This document shows, piece by piece, positions 37,289 to 46,673 of a stretch of DNA of 47,141 bases. Origin of the DNA: an uncultured Desulfobacteraceae bacterium (GTDB taxonomy: Bacteria; Desulfobacterota; Desulfobacteria; Desulfobacterales; UBA5852); NCBI GenBank assembly GCA_964392545.1, contig CAYMQN010000001.1, positions 16,171 to 63,311 of the forward strand, in the 5' to 3' direction. Positions within the stretch are counted from its first letter, which is position 1; every line of letters begins with the position of its first letter. The position numbers and the translations under genes are program-made. The notes under the pieces are model-generated. The model saw nothing but the letters and a program-made list of their open reading frames with translations. It searched no databases and was not told the DNA's origin.

Positions 37289-37402
37289 GCAAGGCCTCCT
37301 TTGAGCATGGGAACCCTTTTCAGCGGGTTCTTTCAAACGCCAGAGTTCCCTTCCCGCGCGACGGCATGACAGGGAACGCATTGGCTACTTCAAAATCAGG
37401 GA

Positions 37403-37430
37403 ATATTACTTGATTCGAATAGGTTGTCAA
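37403..37430 (-). promoter_or_regulatory. Candidate sigma-70 promoter of the rplU-rpmA-obg operon
   Basis: Minus strand TTGACA (37430..37425), 16-nt spacer, TAATAT (37408..37403). Confidence 0.55.
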
Positions 37431-37495
37431 GCAAAAAGTGCCGCTGCGGCATCCGACCGCCCCAGTCCGGGAGGAGGCCGGCAGAAAACTTCACG

Positions 37496-37524
37496 TTGAC
37501 AAGCCAGCGACGGCAGCCTAAAAC
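37496..37524 (+). promoter_or_regulatory. Candidate sigma-70 promoter of fdhD
   Basis: TTGACA (37496..37501), 17-nt spacer, TAAAAC (37519..37524). Confidence 0.35.
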
Positions 37525-37586
37525 CCACGCGTTCGATAAGCGATCATCCATGCCGGATTGGTGGCGTGCGATAAAAGGAAGGCCCT

Positions 37587-38396
37587 ATGCAGCGTACGAG
37601 TGCCACCCAAGTGCTGTCCTGGAGGGGATTGTCGGACAACGCCGACAGCGAACAGTTGGACCTGATTGCCGAAGAGCCGCTTTCCATCCGCGTGCAGGGG
37701 CGGCCCTATGTGGTCGTCCTGCGCACGCCGGGGGAGGAAAAGGCCCATGCCGCCGGTTTGTGCCTGGCCGAAGGCCTGGTTCGGGAGCCTTCGGATATCC
37801 TCCAGTTGGCCTTCTGTGACGGGGCCGACACCAACACCGTCACGGTGACCCTGGCCGAGGGCTGTGCCCGTCGGCTGACGCGACGGGGTGACCGGCGGGC
37901 CCATATCAGCCAGACCGGCTGCGGGCTGTGCGGCAAAGAGCTGATCCAGGATTTGTGCGTCGAGATCCAACCCCTGGCGGAGGCCCCGCCGCTGCCGATC
38001 ACCACGGCAAGGTCGGTGCTGGCGGATCTTCACCACCACCAGCCTTTGCGTGAACAGACCCGGGCCGCCCACGCCGCCCTCGTCTGCGATCGTGAGGGCC
38101 GTTTGCTGGCGGTGGCCGAGGACGTGGGGCGCCACAACGCCCTGGACAAAGCCATCGGCCGGCTGTTTCTCGACAACCGTCTGTCCCGGGCGGCCATGGT
38201 CGCTCTGTCGTCACGCATCAGCTACGAACTGGTCCAGAAGGCGGCCAGCGCCCGCATTCCCGTTATCGTGGCCGTGTCGCGCCCCACGGCCCTGGCTGTG
38301 AACCTGGCCGAGCGTCTCAACATGACCCTGGCCACCCGGCATCCGGAGCAGGGGCTGTGGGTCTATACGGGCGCCCACCGTTTACAGATGCCCTGA
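37587..38396 (+). CDS. fdhD: Formate dehydrogenase accessory sulfurtransferase FdhD
   Basis: 269 aa. SQTGCGLCGKE, GRHNALDKAIG, SSRISYELVQKA. Confidence 0.9.
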   Translation: MQRTSATQVLSWRGLSDNADSEQLDLIAEEPLSIRVQGRPYVVVLRTPGEEKAHAAGLCLAEGLVREPSDILQLAFCDGADTNTVTVTLAEGCARRLTRRGDRRAHISQTGCGLCGKELIQDLCVEIQPLAEAPPLPITTARSVLADLHHHQPLREQTRAAHAALVCDREGRLLAVAEDVGRHNALDKAIGRLFLDNRLSRAAMVALSSRISYELVQKAASARIPVIVAVSRPTALAVNLAERLNMTLATRHPEQGLWVYTGAHRLQMP

Positions 38397-38416
38397 TCCG
38401 GAAATGCCAGCAAAAA

Positions 38417-38444
38417 GGCGCCCGCCCCATCCCGGGCGGGCGCC
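38417..38444. terminator. GC-rich hairpin between convergent fdhD and dsrP (putative bidirectional terminator)
   Basis: GGCGCCCGCCC-CATCCC-GGGCGGGCGCC gives an 11-bp perfect stem, with A-rich sequence 5' (CAAAAA). Confidence 0.6.
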
Positions 38445-38479
38445 TCTGCAATGCAATCAAGGCGGATACCGGCTAAGGG

Positions 38480-39637
38480 TCAGGCGCGCACCTCCTCCTT
38501 CACCCCGATGGTCATTTTGTACAGCACGGTGAGGATCAGGGCCCCGACGGCGTAAACGCCGATGGTGATCATCACCTCCGGAAAGGTGGGCATGTATTCG
38601 TTGACCTCGTGCAGCGGATTGGGCACGAAGCCCGCCGAGATCAGCCCGAGCCCCTTGTCGATCCAGGCGCCCACGAAGAGCATGATACAGGCCACGGCCA
38701 AAACCCCTTCATTGTGCCGTGTGATCGGCGGAATCAAGAGGATCAGGGCCAGCACCATCAACCCCATGGAGGTCCACATCCAGGGCACCAGCACACCTTT
38801 CCCATAGAGGCCGACAAAAAGGTACTTGATGTGGTCCATATGCCCCGGAATGCCGCTGTAGAAGGCCACGAAGAGCTCGCAGCCGAAGAAGAACAGATTG
38901 GCGATCAAGGCATAGGTGGCGATCTTGGCCAGGGTCTGGATCTGCTCCCGACCGGGATCGAAATTGGATACCCGGCGAATGATGAGGCTCAGCAGGATCA
39001 GGAGGGCCGGCCCGGCGGCAAAGGCCGAGGCCAGAAAGCGCGGCGCCAGGATGGCGGTCAGCCAGAAGTGGCGTCCGGGCAGGCCGCAGTAGAGAAACGC
39101 CGTCACGGTGTGGATGCTGATGGCGAAGGGAATGGAGAGATAAATCAGGGGCTTGACCCACATGGGGTAGTGCGTGCCGTTGCGTTCGGCCTGCAGCACG
39201 TTCCACCCGATGATCAGGTTGAGCAGCAGATAGCCGTTGAGAACGATCATGTCATAGAAGAGCATCGAGCGGGGCGAGGGGTGCAGAATCACATTCAGGA
39301 CCCGCATGGGCTGCCCCAGGTCGACCACGACGCTCAGCATGCACACGATCAGCGCGGCGATGGCCAGGAATTCGCCCAGGATGGTGATCCGGCCGAAGGC
39401 CTTATAATCGTGCAGGTAGTAGGGCAGGACCACCATGACCCCGCCGGCGGCCACACCTACCATGTAGGTGAGCTGGGCGATGTAGAAGCCCCAGGAAACG
39501 TCGCGGCTGAGGCCGGTGATGCCCAGGCCGAACTTGAGCTGCCACAGATAAAATCCGAAGCCCACACCGATCAGACCGAGCAGGACGAGGATCCATCCGT
39601 AGTACTTCTTGTCGCCTTTTATCGCATATTCAAGCAT
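38480..39637 (-). CDS. dsrP: DsrP, NrfD/PsrC-type integral membrane quinone-interacting subunit
   Basis: About 10 TM helices. ATG at 39637 (MLEYAIKG) after GAGGTGG; the ORF-track GTG at 39643 is an alternative start. Last gene of the M-K-J-O-P order. Confidence 0.85.
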   Translation of the reverse strand: MLEYAIKGDKKYYGWILVLLGLIGVGFGFYLWQLKFGLGITGLSRDVSWGFYIAQLTYMVGVAAGGVMVVLPYYLHDYKAFGRITILGEFLAIAALIVCMLSVVVDLGQPMRVLNVILHPSPRSMLFYDMIVLNGYLLLNLIIGWNVLQAERNGTHYPMWVKPLIYLSIPFAISIHTVTAFLYCGLPGRHFWLTAILAPRFLASAFAAGPALLILLSLIIRRVSNFDPGREQIQTLAKIATYALIANLFFFGCELFVAFYSGIPGHMDHIKYLFVGLYGKGVLVPWMWTSMGLMVLALILLIPPITRHNEGVLAVACIMLFVGAWIDKGLGLISAGFVPNPLHEVNEYMPTFPEVMITIGVYAVGALILTVLYKMTIGVKEEVRA

Positions 39638-39644
39638 AGCCACC

Positions 39645-40448
39645 TCATATGATGTAGTAGACCGCAGGGCTGGTTCCCAGCTCGACCTTGCGGCGAATGG
39701 TGTAGTGTTCCCTCAACACTTCGCGCACCGGGGAGTCGGGGTCCGCCAGGTCGCCGAAGACCGCGGCCCCTTCGGAGACTTCCACGCAGGCCGGCATCTG
39801 GCCCACGGCCAGGCGTTCCGCGCAGAAGTTGCATTTTTCCACGACCCCCTTGCTGCGGGTGGGGAATTCCAAATTGGTTTCTTCGATGAAGGGCCGGGGA
39901 TCCCGCAGGTTGAAGCTGCGGGCGCCGAAGGGGCAGGCCGCCATGCAGAAGCGGCAGCCGATGCAGCGGTGGAAATCCATGAGCACGATGCCGTCGGGCC
40001 GCTTGAAGGTCGCCTGGGTAGGGCAGGCCTGGACGCAGGGGGGGTCCTCGCAGTGGTTGCAGAGCACCAGAAAGGGGCGTTCCTCCACATCTTCGGCCAG
40101 GTACTCGGCCCCCAGCCCCGGAAAGGCATTGTGGAAGTGGGTCTCCCAAAGCCATTTGACCTCGTGCCGGGTGGCGACTTCTTGGCCGACCTTTTCGGGC
40201 GTGATGTTCGGGACGTTGTGGATCGAGTGGCAGGCGTGAACCATGCGCTCCACGATCTCGTGGTTCAGCTTGGTGGTGTCGATGACCATCGCCCATTGGG
40301 TTGCCGTAAGGGCCTCGTCGCCCTTGCGCATCTGCGGCTCCGCGCCGTGGCCGTCGGAGGCGGCCACCGCGTTCATCGCCGGGAGGGTTCCCATTCCCAA
40401 GGCGGCGATGCCGGCGATTTTCAGAAAGTGTCTTCTGCTGTCTTCCAT
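39645..40448 (-). CDS. dsrO: DsrO, Tat-exported 4Fe-4S ferredoxin-like subunit
   Basis: Start at MEDSRRHFLKIAGIAALG (twin-arginine signal; ATG 40448 overlaps the dsrJ stop by 1 nt). Multiple Cys clusters: CNHCEDPPCVQACP, CIGCRFCMAACP, CNFC. Confidence 0.85.
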   Translation of the reverse strand: MEDSRRHFLKIAGIAALGMGTLPAMNAVAASDGHGAEPQMRKGDEALTATQWAMVIDTTKLNHEIVERMVHACHSIHNVPNITPEKVGQEVATRHEVKWLWETHFHNAFPGLGAEYLAEDVEERPFLVLCNHCEDPPCVQACPTQATFKRPDGIVLMDFHRCIGCRFCMAACPFGARSFNLRDPRPFIEETNLEFPTRSKGVVEKCNFCAERLAVGQMPACVEVSEGAAVFGDLADPDSPVREVLREHYTIRRKVELGTSPAVYYII

Positions 40449-40840
40449 CAGTTGCTCTCCTTGGGGTTTTCGATATGGCAATCCCAGCAGTAAGGTTCTA
40501 TAGATACATAGTCGTGACAGCGGTCGCAGAATTCGGTTTTGTTGGAATGGCAGTCCAGGCAGGTGTTGGACAGGCTCATGTTGAATTCCTTGCCCTCGGC
40601 ATTGACGTAGATGCGCTCGGCGTTGCGCACCACCGTATCCCGCCATTCATCCAGGAGCTGCATATGGTTGGCCGTCATGAAATCGGTTTCCCGGACGCAT
40701 TTTTCGGCGGCTTTGGCTTTGGGCGTGAGCACCAGCTCGGGGGCCGGCGCCTTTTCCAGGAAGATGTTGTACCAGAACGGAAACGTCACCACGATGAAAA
40801 AGATAACGATGCCCGCTATGATTTTACCCTTGTCATTCAT
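40448..40840 (-). CDS. dsrJ: DsrJ, membrane-anchored triheme cytochrome c
   Basis: 130 aa. N-terminal TM anchor. Three CxxCH motifs: CLDCH, CDRCH and CWDCH. Confidence 0.85.
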   Translation of the reverse strand: MNDKGKIIAGIVIFFIVVTFPFWYNIFLEKAPAPELVLTPKAKAAEKCVRETDFMTANHMQLLDEWRDTVVRNAERIYVNAEGKEFNMSLSNTCLDCHSNKTEFCDRCHDYVSIEPYCWDCHIENPKESN

Positions 40841-42467
40841 CAGCGTCTTCCTCCATTCCCGGCAGGGGCTCCCCGCGCAGATCGGTCTCGCGCTTCTTCT
40901 CGCCCGGTAGGATCAATGCGTTGCCCACCAGTTCGTGAACACCGGTGACATCGGCGCCGGTTTCCCAGTAGTTCATCAGGTCCGGCAGCGCCGCACGGTC
41001 GATGGCGCACACGCAGGCCAGCATGTTGACGTCGAATGTTTCCGCCATGTATTTCACGGCGTTGGCCCGCGGCAGGCCGCCGCACATGCGCAGCTCCATG
41101 TCTTCACCGGCATTGAGGCCCGATCCACTGCCGCAGCAGAAGGTATTTTCGCGGATCGTATTGGCCGGCATTTCATAGAAGTGATTGGCCACGTTCTGGA
41201 TGACATAGCGCGGCTCTTCCAGCAGGCCCATGCCCCGTGCAGGGTTGCAGGAGTCGTGGAAGGTGATTTTAAAATTGTCGTTGCGGCGGGGGTCCAACTC
41301 CAGCTTGCCATGTTTGATCAAGTCGGCGGTAAACTCGGTGATGTGAACCATTTTGGTGGAGGCCGCATTTTCAAACACCGTGCCGGTGATCGGATTGACC
41401 GGCACCTCCAGGTGGTCGGCCGGGCCGTTCATGGTGTCCATGTACTGATGGATCACCCGCCACATGTGGCCGCATTCGCCGCCCAGAATCCATTTGACGC
41501 CCAGGCGCTTGGCTTCGGCGTACATCTTGGCGTTGAGCCGTTTCATGGTCTCGTGGGAGGTGAAAAAACCGAAATTGCCGCCTTCCGAAGCATAGGTGCT
41601 CCAGGTCACGTCCAGTCCGTATTTTTCCTTGAGATATTTGAAAAGAATCAGGTACCCCATGCAGGTGTAGGTGCCCGGATCGGCGAAGACGTCCCCCGAC
41701 GGGGTGATGAAGAGGATATCGGCGCCTTTTTTGTTGTAGTTCGGTTCACAGTTGACGCCGGTGATGTCCTCGATGTCCTCCACGAAGAAATCCAGCATGT
41801 CCTTGAAGGCGTGGGGCTGGATGCCCAGATGGTTGCCGGTCATGTAGCAGTTGGACACCGGGGTGGCGATCCAGTCGATGTTGAGGCCGAGCAGGTTGAG
41901 CAGCTCCCGGCCCATGATGGTGATTTCCGCCGTGTCGATGCCGTAGGGGCAGAAGACCGAGCAGCGCCGGCATTCCGAACACTGGAAGAAGTAGTACCAC
42001 CACTCCTTGAGCACATCGAGGGTCATCGGGCGGGCGCCGCCCAGGCGGCCCAGGATTTTACCGGCCTTGGTAAAGTCGTTGCGGTAGACCGAGCGCAGCA
42101 GCTCGGCCCGGAGCACCGGCATGTTCTTGGGGTCGCCGGTGCCGATGAAATAGTGGCATTTGTCGGCGCAGGCCCCGCAGCGTACGCAGATGTCCATGAA
42201 AACCTTGAAGGACCGGAATTTTTCCAAACGTTCCTTGATGCCGTTGTGGATGATTTCCTGCCAGTTTTCCGGCAGCTGCCAGTCGTCCTCCAGCGGGTTC
42301 CATTTGCGCACGTTGGGCGCGCTCAGGGTTTCCATGCTCTTGGGGTTGGCCGAGTAGCAGTACATGCCCGGGCGGATGTCCAGCGGGATGTCCATCCAGT
42401 CTTTCCCCTTGGGCGGCCGATGATCGATGTGCGAGAATAGCTCATCGCTTTTGGGAAGATCGCTCAT
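40833..42467 (-). CDS. dsrK: DsrK, HdrD-like iron-sulfur catalytic subunit (CCG domains)
   Basis: 544 aa. CVRCGACADKC and CSECRRCSVFCP ferredoxin motifs. C-terminal CCG-type motifs: HDSCNP...FCCGSG. Confidence 0.9.
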   Translation of the reverse strand: MSDLPKSDELFSHIDHRPPKGKDWMDIPLDIRPGMYCYSANPKSMETLSAPNVRKWNPLEDDWQLPENWQEIIHNGIKERLEKFRSFKVFMDICVRCGACADKCHYFIGTGDPKNMPVLRAELLRSVYRNDFTKAGKILGRLGGARPMTLDVLKEWWYYFFQCSECRRCSVFCPYGIDTAEITIMGRELLNLLGLNIDWIATPVSNCYMTGNHLGIQPHAFKDMLDFFVEDIEDITGVNCEPNYNKKGADILFITPSGDVFADPGTYTCMGYLILFKYLKEKYGLDVTWSTYASEGGNFGFFTSHETMKRLNAKMYAEAKRLGVKWILGGECGHMWRVIHQYMDTMNGPADHLEVPVNPITGTVFENAASTKMVHITEFTADLIKHGKLELDPRRNDNFKITFHDSCNPARGMGLLEEPRYVIQNVANHFYEMPANTIRENTFCCGSGSGLNAGEDMELRMCGGLPRANAVKYMAETFDVNMLACVCAIDRAALPDLMNYWETGADVTGVHELVGNALILPGEKKRETDLRGEPLPGMEEDADE

Positions 42468-42473
42468 TCTGTT

Positions 42474-43484
42474 TTACTCCTTTTTATCCACGGGCAGTCC
42501 AGCCTCGATCATTTTTTCCCTGAAATCGTCCTCATACTCTTGGTAGGTATGCACCTTAACAGGGTAGTTCCACGGGTTCACGTGACGCACCGCGCGGGAA
42601 TTGTTGGCCAGGTTGCGTGTCGGACTCAAAAAAATGCCGCCCATATGCATCAGCTTGCTCCAGGGGAAATAGACCAGCAGCACACTGACAAAGAACAAAT
42701 GAATGTAAAAAATGCTGCCGATGTCCTGCATCTTGGCCATGGATGGCAGGCTGAAAGACACCAGCCCGTAGGTCAACTCCTTGGCAAGGGTCACATCGAC
42801 TTTGGTGAAATAGCGCATCAGGATGCCGCTGAATACGATGCCGAAGATCAGAAACAGGGGGAAGTAGTCCGAGGCCAGCGAAATCAAGCGGATATTGGGC
42901 AAATAGACCCGCCGCAGGAACAAAAAGAGGACGGTGGCCAGCAGGGCGAAACTCGACAGGGAAATGATCGGGTGGCCGACTTGGATAAAGGTGTCGATCT
43001 TTTCGAGGATTTCGAAGGGCAGTGGCAGCGGCTCCAGAAAAAAACGGGCGTGGCGCAGCAGGACCACCAGGAACGTATAATGGAAGGCCAGCGCAAAAAG
43101 CCAGAGCCACAGCTCCATGTCGTAGATGATGCGTCCGTCCGGATTGGCGCGCATACGGGTGTTGCGAAAGAGGGAGCGGAAGGTCACCACTTCGAAAAAC
43201 ATGCGGGCCACGACGCCGCGCGTTGTAAACGGGCTGTCGAGGGGGCTGGTTTTGATCCATGACAGGGACTTGGCCTGGCCGGCCGTGGTGGGAATGCGGA
43301 ACGGCACCGCGGAGCGTGCCCAGTCCATCATGCGCAGGAAAAAGCCGACCAAAAAGACGACCACCGCGATGTAGGGCAGAATCACGCCGAAGAGCACCTG
43401 CAGCCCCAGGACGTCGGTACCGACCCAGGCGATCAGCGCCAGCGCCAAGACGGCTAATAAGGAATACAAATACTTAACATTCAT
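42474..43484 (-). CDS. dsrM: DsrM, NarI-like diheme cytochrome b membrane subunit
   Basis: 336 aa. Multiple TM helices with conserved His residues (FHYTF, IHLFF). First structural gene of dsrMKJOP. Confidence 0.9.
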   Translation of the reverse strand: MNVKYLYSLLAVLALALIAWVGTDVLGLQVLFGVILPYIAVVVFLVGFFLRMMDWARSAVPFRIPTTAGQAKSLSWIKTSPLDSPFTTRGVVARMFFEVVTFRSLFRNTRMRANPDGRIIYDMELWLWLFALAFHYTFLVVLLRHARFFLEPLPLPFEILEKIDTFIQVGHPIISLSSFALLATVLFLFLRRVYLPNIRLISLASDYFPLFLIFGIVFSGILMRYFTKVDVTLAKELTYGLVSFSLPSMAKMQDIGSIFYIHLFFVSVLLVYFPWSKLMHMGGIFLSPTRNLANNSRAVRHVNPWNYPVKVHTYQEYEDDFREKMIEAGLPVDKKE

Positions 43485-43502
43485 TGACCTTTACCTCACT
43501 TT

Positions 43503-43543
43503 GGGCTCCGGCGGCGGCCGAACCGCCTCCCGATCCGGAGCCC
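43503..43543 (-). other. Stable intercistronic stem-loop between the RsbRD_N-like gene and dsrM
   Basis: GGGCTCCGG/CCGGAGCCC (9 bp) encloses GGCGG/CCGCC (5 bp). No U-tract. Confidence 0.5.
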
Positions 43544-43567
43544 CATTAAAATTAAAAGGTTATGACA

Positions 43568-44107
43568 TTAAGAGGCCCCGGAATCCGGTTCGGCGTCCGG
43601 ATTTTCTCTGACCAGGCCGGCCCGCGCGAAAGCGCGGTAAAATTTGCTTTGTTCTTCAGTGGCCTTTATGCTGTAAATTTTTTCACGACAGCGCACGAAA
43701 ATATCAAAGGCAATCAGCAACAGATGGTCGATGCGATGCTCGAAGGTTCGCAATTGGGCTTGCATGTCGGTATCTTGCAGATCGTTTTTGAGGGTCTTGC
43801 GAAGGATGCTTTTAAGATCGACGATAAAGGCGGTGGCTTGCGAAGGGGTGAACATGGTCTGGACGGCGCGGATGCGGATAATGGGGTCCAGATGATGGGC
43901 AAGGTCTTCCGGGCCGGCATCCGCGACGAGGGCATCCAACACAGCGGCAAGCGCTTTGCGGGAGGTTCCGCCCACCGGGTTGCTGAAGGCGTCTTGGTTG
44001 CTTTTAAGGAAACGGGTGGTGTCGGGCGGATAGGTGCCGGCCAGGATAGCAAACCAGTCATTGGCGATTTGCGTTTTATATTTCGCTATTCGACGTTCAA
44101 GCCTCAT
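43568..44107 (-). CDS. RsbRD N-terminal-domain-like (globin-fold sensor-like) protein
   Basis: 179 aa, all-helical. KYKTQIANDWFAILAGTYPPDTTRFLKSNQDAFSNPVG resembles the RsbRD_N family from memory; this was not verified by search. Confidence 0.45.
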   Translation of the reverse strand: MRLERRIAKYKTQIANDWFAILAGTYPPDTTRFLKSNQDAFSNPVGGTSRKALAAVLDALVADAGPEDLAHHLDPIIRIRAVQTMFTPSQATAFIVDLKSILRKTLKNDLQDTDMQAQLRTFEHRIDHLLLIAFDIFVRCREKIYSIKATEEQSKFYRAFARAGLVRENPDAEPDSGAS

Positions 44108-44227
44108 CGGAAGGGATGGCTCGGTTTCAAGGGGCCACCCCCTCGAAAACGGCTTGGGTACTCCTCTGGTCCCGTTGGTTGCAGTGTGCGCACGCCGTAC
44201 AAAGAATGCCCGATTTTGAAAGAGAAT

Positions 44228-44256
44228 TCTATAGTCAAGATGCGATTTTCTGTCAA
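44228..44256 (-). promoter_or_regulatory. Candidate sigma-70 promoter for the RsbRD_N-like gene and dsrMKJOP
   Basis: Minus strand TTGACA (44256..44251), 17-nt spacer, TATAGA(AT) (44233..44228), about 120 nt upstream of the ATG at 44107. Confidence 0.5.
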
Positions 44257-44401
44257 GGAGATTTGGAGCGATCCCGAAGGGTTAGTTTAGGCGATCCGAA
44301 ATTCCTTCAAGAATTCGAAAGCCGGGGGCGGGTTGACGCCGTCGACGGTCGACCGGTCAGCGGGCGTCTTGCGGCAGGCTGTGAAGAACGACGGCCGCCC
44401 T

Positions 44402-44839
44402 TCAGGCCGGCCGTCGGTAAGCGGTTTGCCACACTTTGCCGCCCTTCTGCTGGAAGTCGGTCAGGGCCTTGTAGAAAGCGCCCACGGCCAATTCCGCGCA
44501 GTGGAAGTGGTCGGCGGGCAGGGTCTGCAGATAATCCGCCACCATCTCGGGGGTGATCCGCCATACCGTTTCCAGGTCGTGGCCTTCGACGATTTGTGCA
44601 ACGGCATTGGCACAGGCGGCCGTGTGCAGGCAGCCGTTCAACTCGAAGGCGACGTCCCGCACCTGCCCATCGCCGAGGGTCACGTAAATGGTGATGCTGT
44701 CCCCGCAGGCCCCCACATTGTGGCCGATGCCGGAAGGCTGCGACGGGCGCCGACGCCGATCGGTGCGAAAGGCCATTTCCAGGAACGTCAGCGAGTGTTC
44801 CTGCCAGAAATCATGCCTGGGATCTTGTTCTTCGCGCAT
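44402..44839 (-). CDS. NifU N-terminal/IscU-like Fe-S scaffold domain protein
   Basis: Start at MREEQDPRHDF (ATG 44839). Three scaffold cysteines in typical contexts: VGACGDSITIYV, ELNGCLHTAACA and DHFHCAELAVGA. Confidence 0.7.
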   Translation of the reverse strand: MREEQDPRHDFWQEHSLTFLEMAFRTDRRRRPSQPSGIGHNVGACGDSITIYVTLGDGQVRDVAFELNGCLHTAACANAVAQIVEGHDLETVWRITPEMVADYLQTLPADHFHCAELAVGAFYKALTDFQQKGGKVWQTAYRRPA

Positions 44840-45203
44840 AACCGGTCCCCCGGGCGTTCCCCCCGGTCGTTTGTCGGCCCGCGCCCATGGCACGTTGGCA
44901 GGCCGTGAATCAACACGCACCGGGAGGAAGGGACGGCGCTGCCCGATGCGAAAGGTGCCGTTTAGCCACGGCTTGTTAAACGGATTTGCCGCGCCTGTCA
45001 ATGGTGGAGGGATGCCGAACAGCATTCCGGCCCTCGGCAACACCTCGAGGCTTGATGTGATGAATCCGCGCGGTCCTGGGCCACGTTTTTTGCCCAAACG
45101 CGGTGTTGATTGCCCTCTTTTGGAGGCATAGATCTTCAATAGGTATAAAATACAATAGGATATCGGGTAGCACGGCACACGTAAAAACTGTGTGAAAACC
45201 GTG

Positions 45204-46565
45204 TTAGTCCAGGACGAGGCCCAGCTCCTTGGTCTTGGACAGCAGGGTATTGCGATGAATCCCCAGGCGCCGCGCCGCTTCGGTCTTGTTGCCGTTGGCG
45301 GCCTCCATGACGCTTTGGATATATTGCTTTTCGAAGGTCTGGACCGCTTCCTTGAGGGAGAGCGGCTCGCTCTGGGTGCCGCCGCCGATGGGGGTCAGCG
45401 GGGGCAGATTGGCCAGGCGGATGGTCCGTTCCGGGTTGATGGTGCAGATGCGTTCGACCAGATTCTCGAGTTCGCGGACATTGCCGGGCCAATGGTAGGC
45501 GGTCAGTTGCTTGACGGCGGCCGGTGTGAGCTGTTTTGGCTTTTCGCCTCGGCGCGCGGCATAGGCCCGCAAAAAATGCTCCAGCAGAAGGGGTATGTCA
45601 TCCCGCCGGTCGCGCAGCCGGGGCAACACGATGGGCAGGACATTGAGGCGGTAGTAGAGATCTTCGCGGAAGCGGTTTTGGGCGACGAGCTGCAAAAGGT
45701 CCTGGTTGGAAGAGGCGATGATGCGAATGTCCGCCCGGATGATCCGATGGGTGCCGATGCGCTCGAATTCCTTCTGCTGAATGACGCGCAGCAGCTTGGC
45801 CTGCATTTTGATGGTCAAAGAATCGATGTCGTCCAGAAAAACCGTGCCCGTGTTGGCGAATTCCAGTTTTCCGGGGCAGTCCGAGGCGGCCCCTGTGAAA
45901 GCTCCCCGGCGGTGACCGAAAAGTTCGCTTTCCATGAGAGTTGCCGGTATGGCGCCGCAATTGATGACCACGAAGGGCTTGCGGCCCCGCGCGCTCTGTT
46001 CGTGGATGGCCCGCGCGACGAGTTCTTTGCCGGTGCCGCTTTCGCCCTGGATGAGAACGGTGCCGTCGGAACCTGCAACGGTGTCGATCAGGCGGAAAAT
46101 TTCCCGCATTGCGAGATTGTGCCCGACCATGGTGCCAAAGGAATGTTGGCTCTCGACTTCGCGCTTGAGGCGGAAAACTTCTTTTTCCAGATGTTTCTTT
46201 TGGAGGGCCCGCGACACCACCGCCTTGACGTTTTCAACATCGAAGGGTTTCACCAGGTACTCATGGGCGCCGTTTTTCATGGCGTCGATGCCCGAGCGCA
46301 GGTCCTTCAACGCCGTGACCATAATGATTTCAACGCAGGGATCAACGGCCTTTAGCTCGGGAATGAGGCGGCGGCCATCGATGTCCGGCAGCATGATATC
46401 GAGGAGAACGATATCGACGGCACGTGACTCGAAGATTCGCAGGGCCTCCGCCCCGGTAGCAGCGAGCAGAATGTCGTACTGGTCCTGCAGGACCATTTGA
46501 AGCGATTCGCGAACCCCTTTTTCATCGTCGACGATCAGCAGTGAGCAACGGTGTCCCTGAGTCAT
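45204..46565 (-). CDS. Sigma-54-dependent response regulator (REC, AAA+, HTH)
   Basis: 453 aa. LLIVDDEKGVRE...LLDIMLPDIDG, GESGTGKE, RRGAFTGA, C-terminal NKTEAARRLGIHRNTLLSKTKELG. Confidence 0.9.
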   Translation of the reverse strand: MTQGHRCSLLIVDDEKGVRESLQMVLQDQYDILLAATGAEALRIFESRAVDIVLLDIMLPDIDGRRLIPELKAVDPCVEIIMVTALKDLRSGIDAMKNGAHEYLVKPFDVENVKAVVSRALQKKHLEKEVFRLKREVESQHSFGTMVGHNLAMREIFRLIDTVAGSDGTVLIQGESGTGKELVARAIHEQSARGRKPFVVINCGAIPATLMESELFGHRRGAFTGAASDCPGKLEFANTGTVFLDDIDSLTIKMQAKLLRVIQQKEFERIGTHRIIRADIRIIASSNQDLLQLVAQNRFREDLYYRLNVLPIVLPRLRDRRDDIPLLLEHFLRAYAARRGEKPKQLTPAAVKQLTAYHWPGNVRELENLVERICTINPERTIRLANLPPLTPIGGGTQSEPLSLKEAVQTFEKQYIQSVMEAANGNKTEAARRLGIHRNTLLSKTKELGLVLD

Positions 46566-46673
46566 GGCGCGACGGCTCCATTCTATCCTCTCCTTCTGAA
46601 ATTACTTAAAATACCGGCTACTCAATAGCAGCACATTTCGTGTGTTTCGTCAAATGCGGCGACGAGCTCCGAC

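Noticed and set aside
44946-44959. GGCAC-CTTTC-GCAT on the minus strand between the sigma-54 activator gene and the NifU-like gene.
   Set aside because: GG and GC are separated by 8 nt rather than the required 10. No other sigma-54 candidate was found in 44840..45203, so regulation of this gene by the adjacent activator is unsupported.
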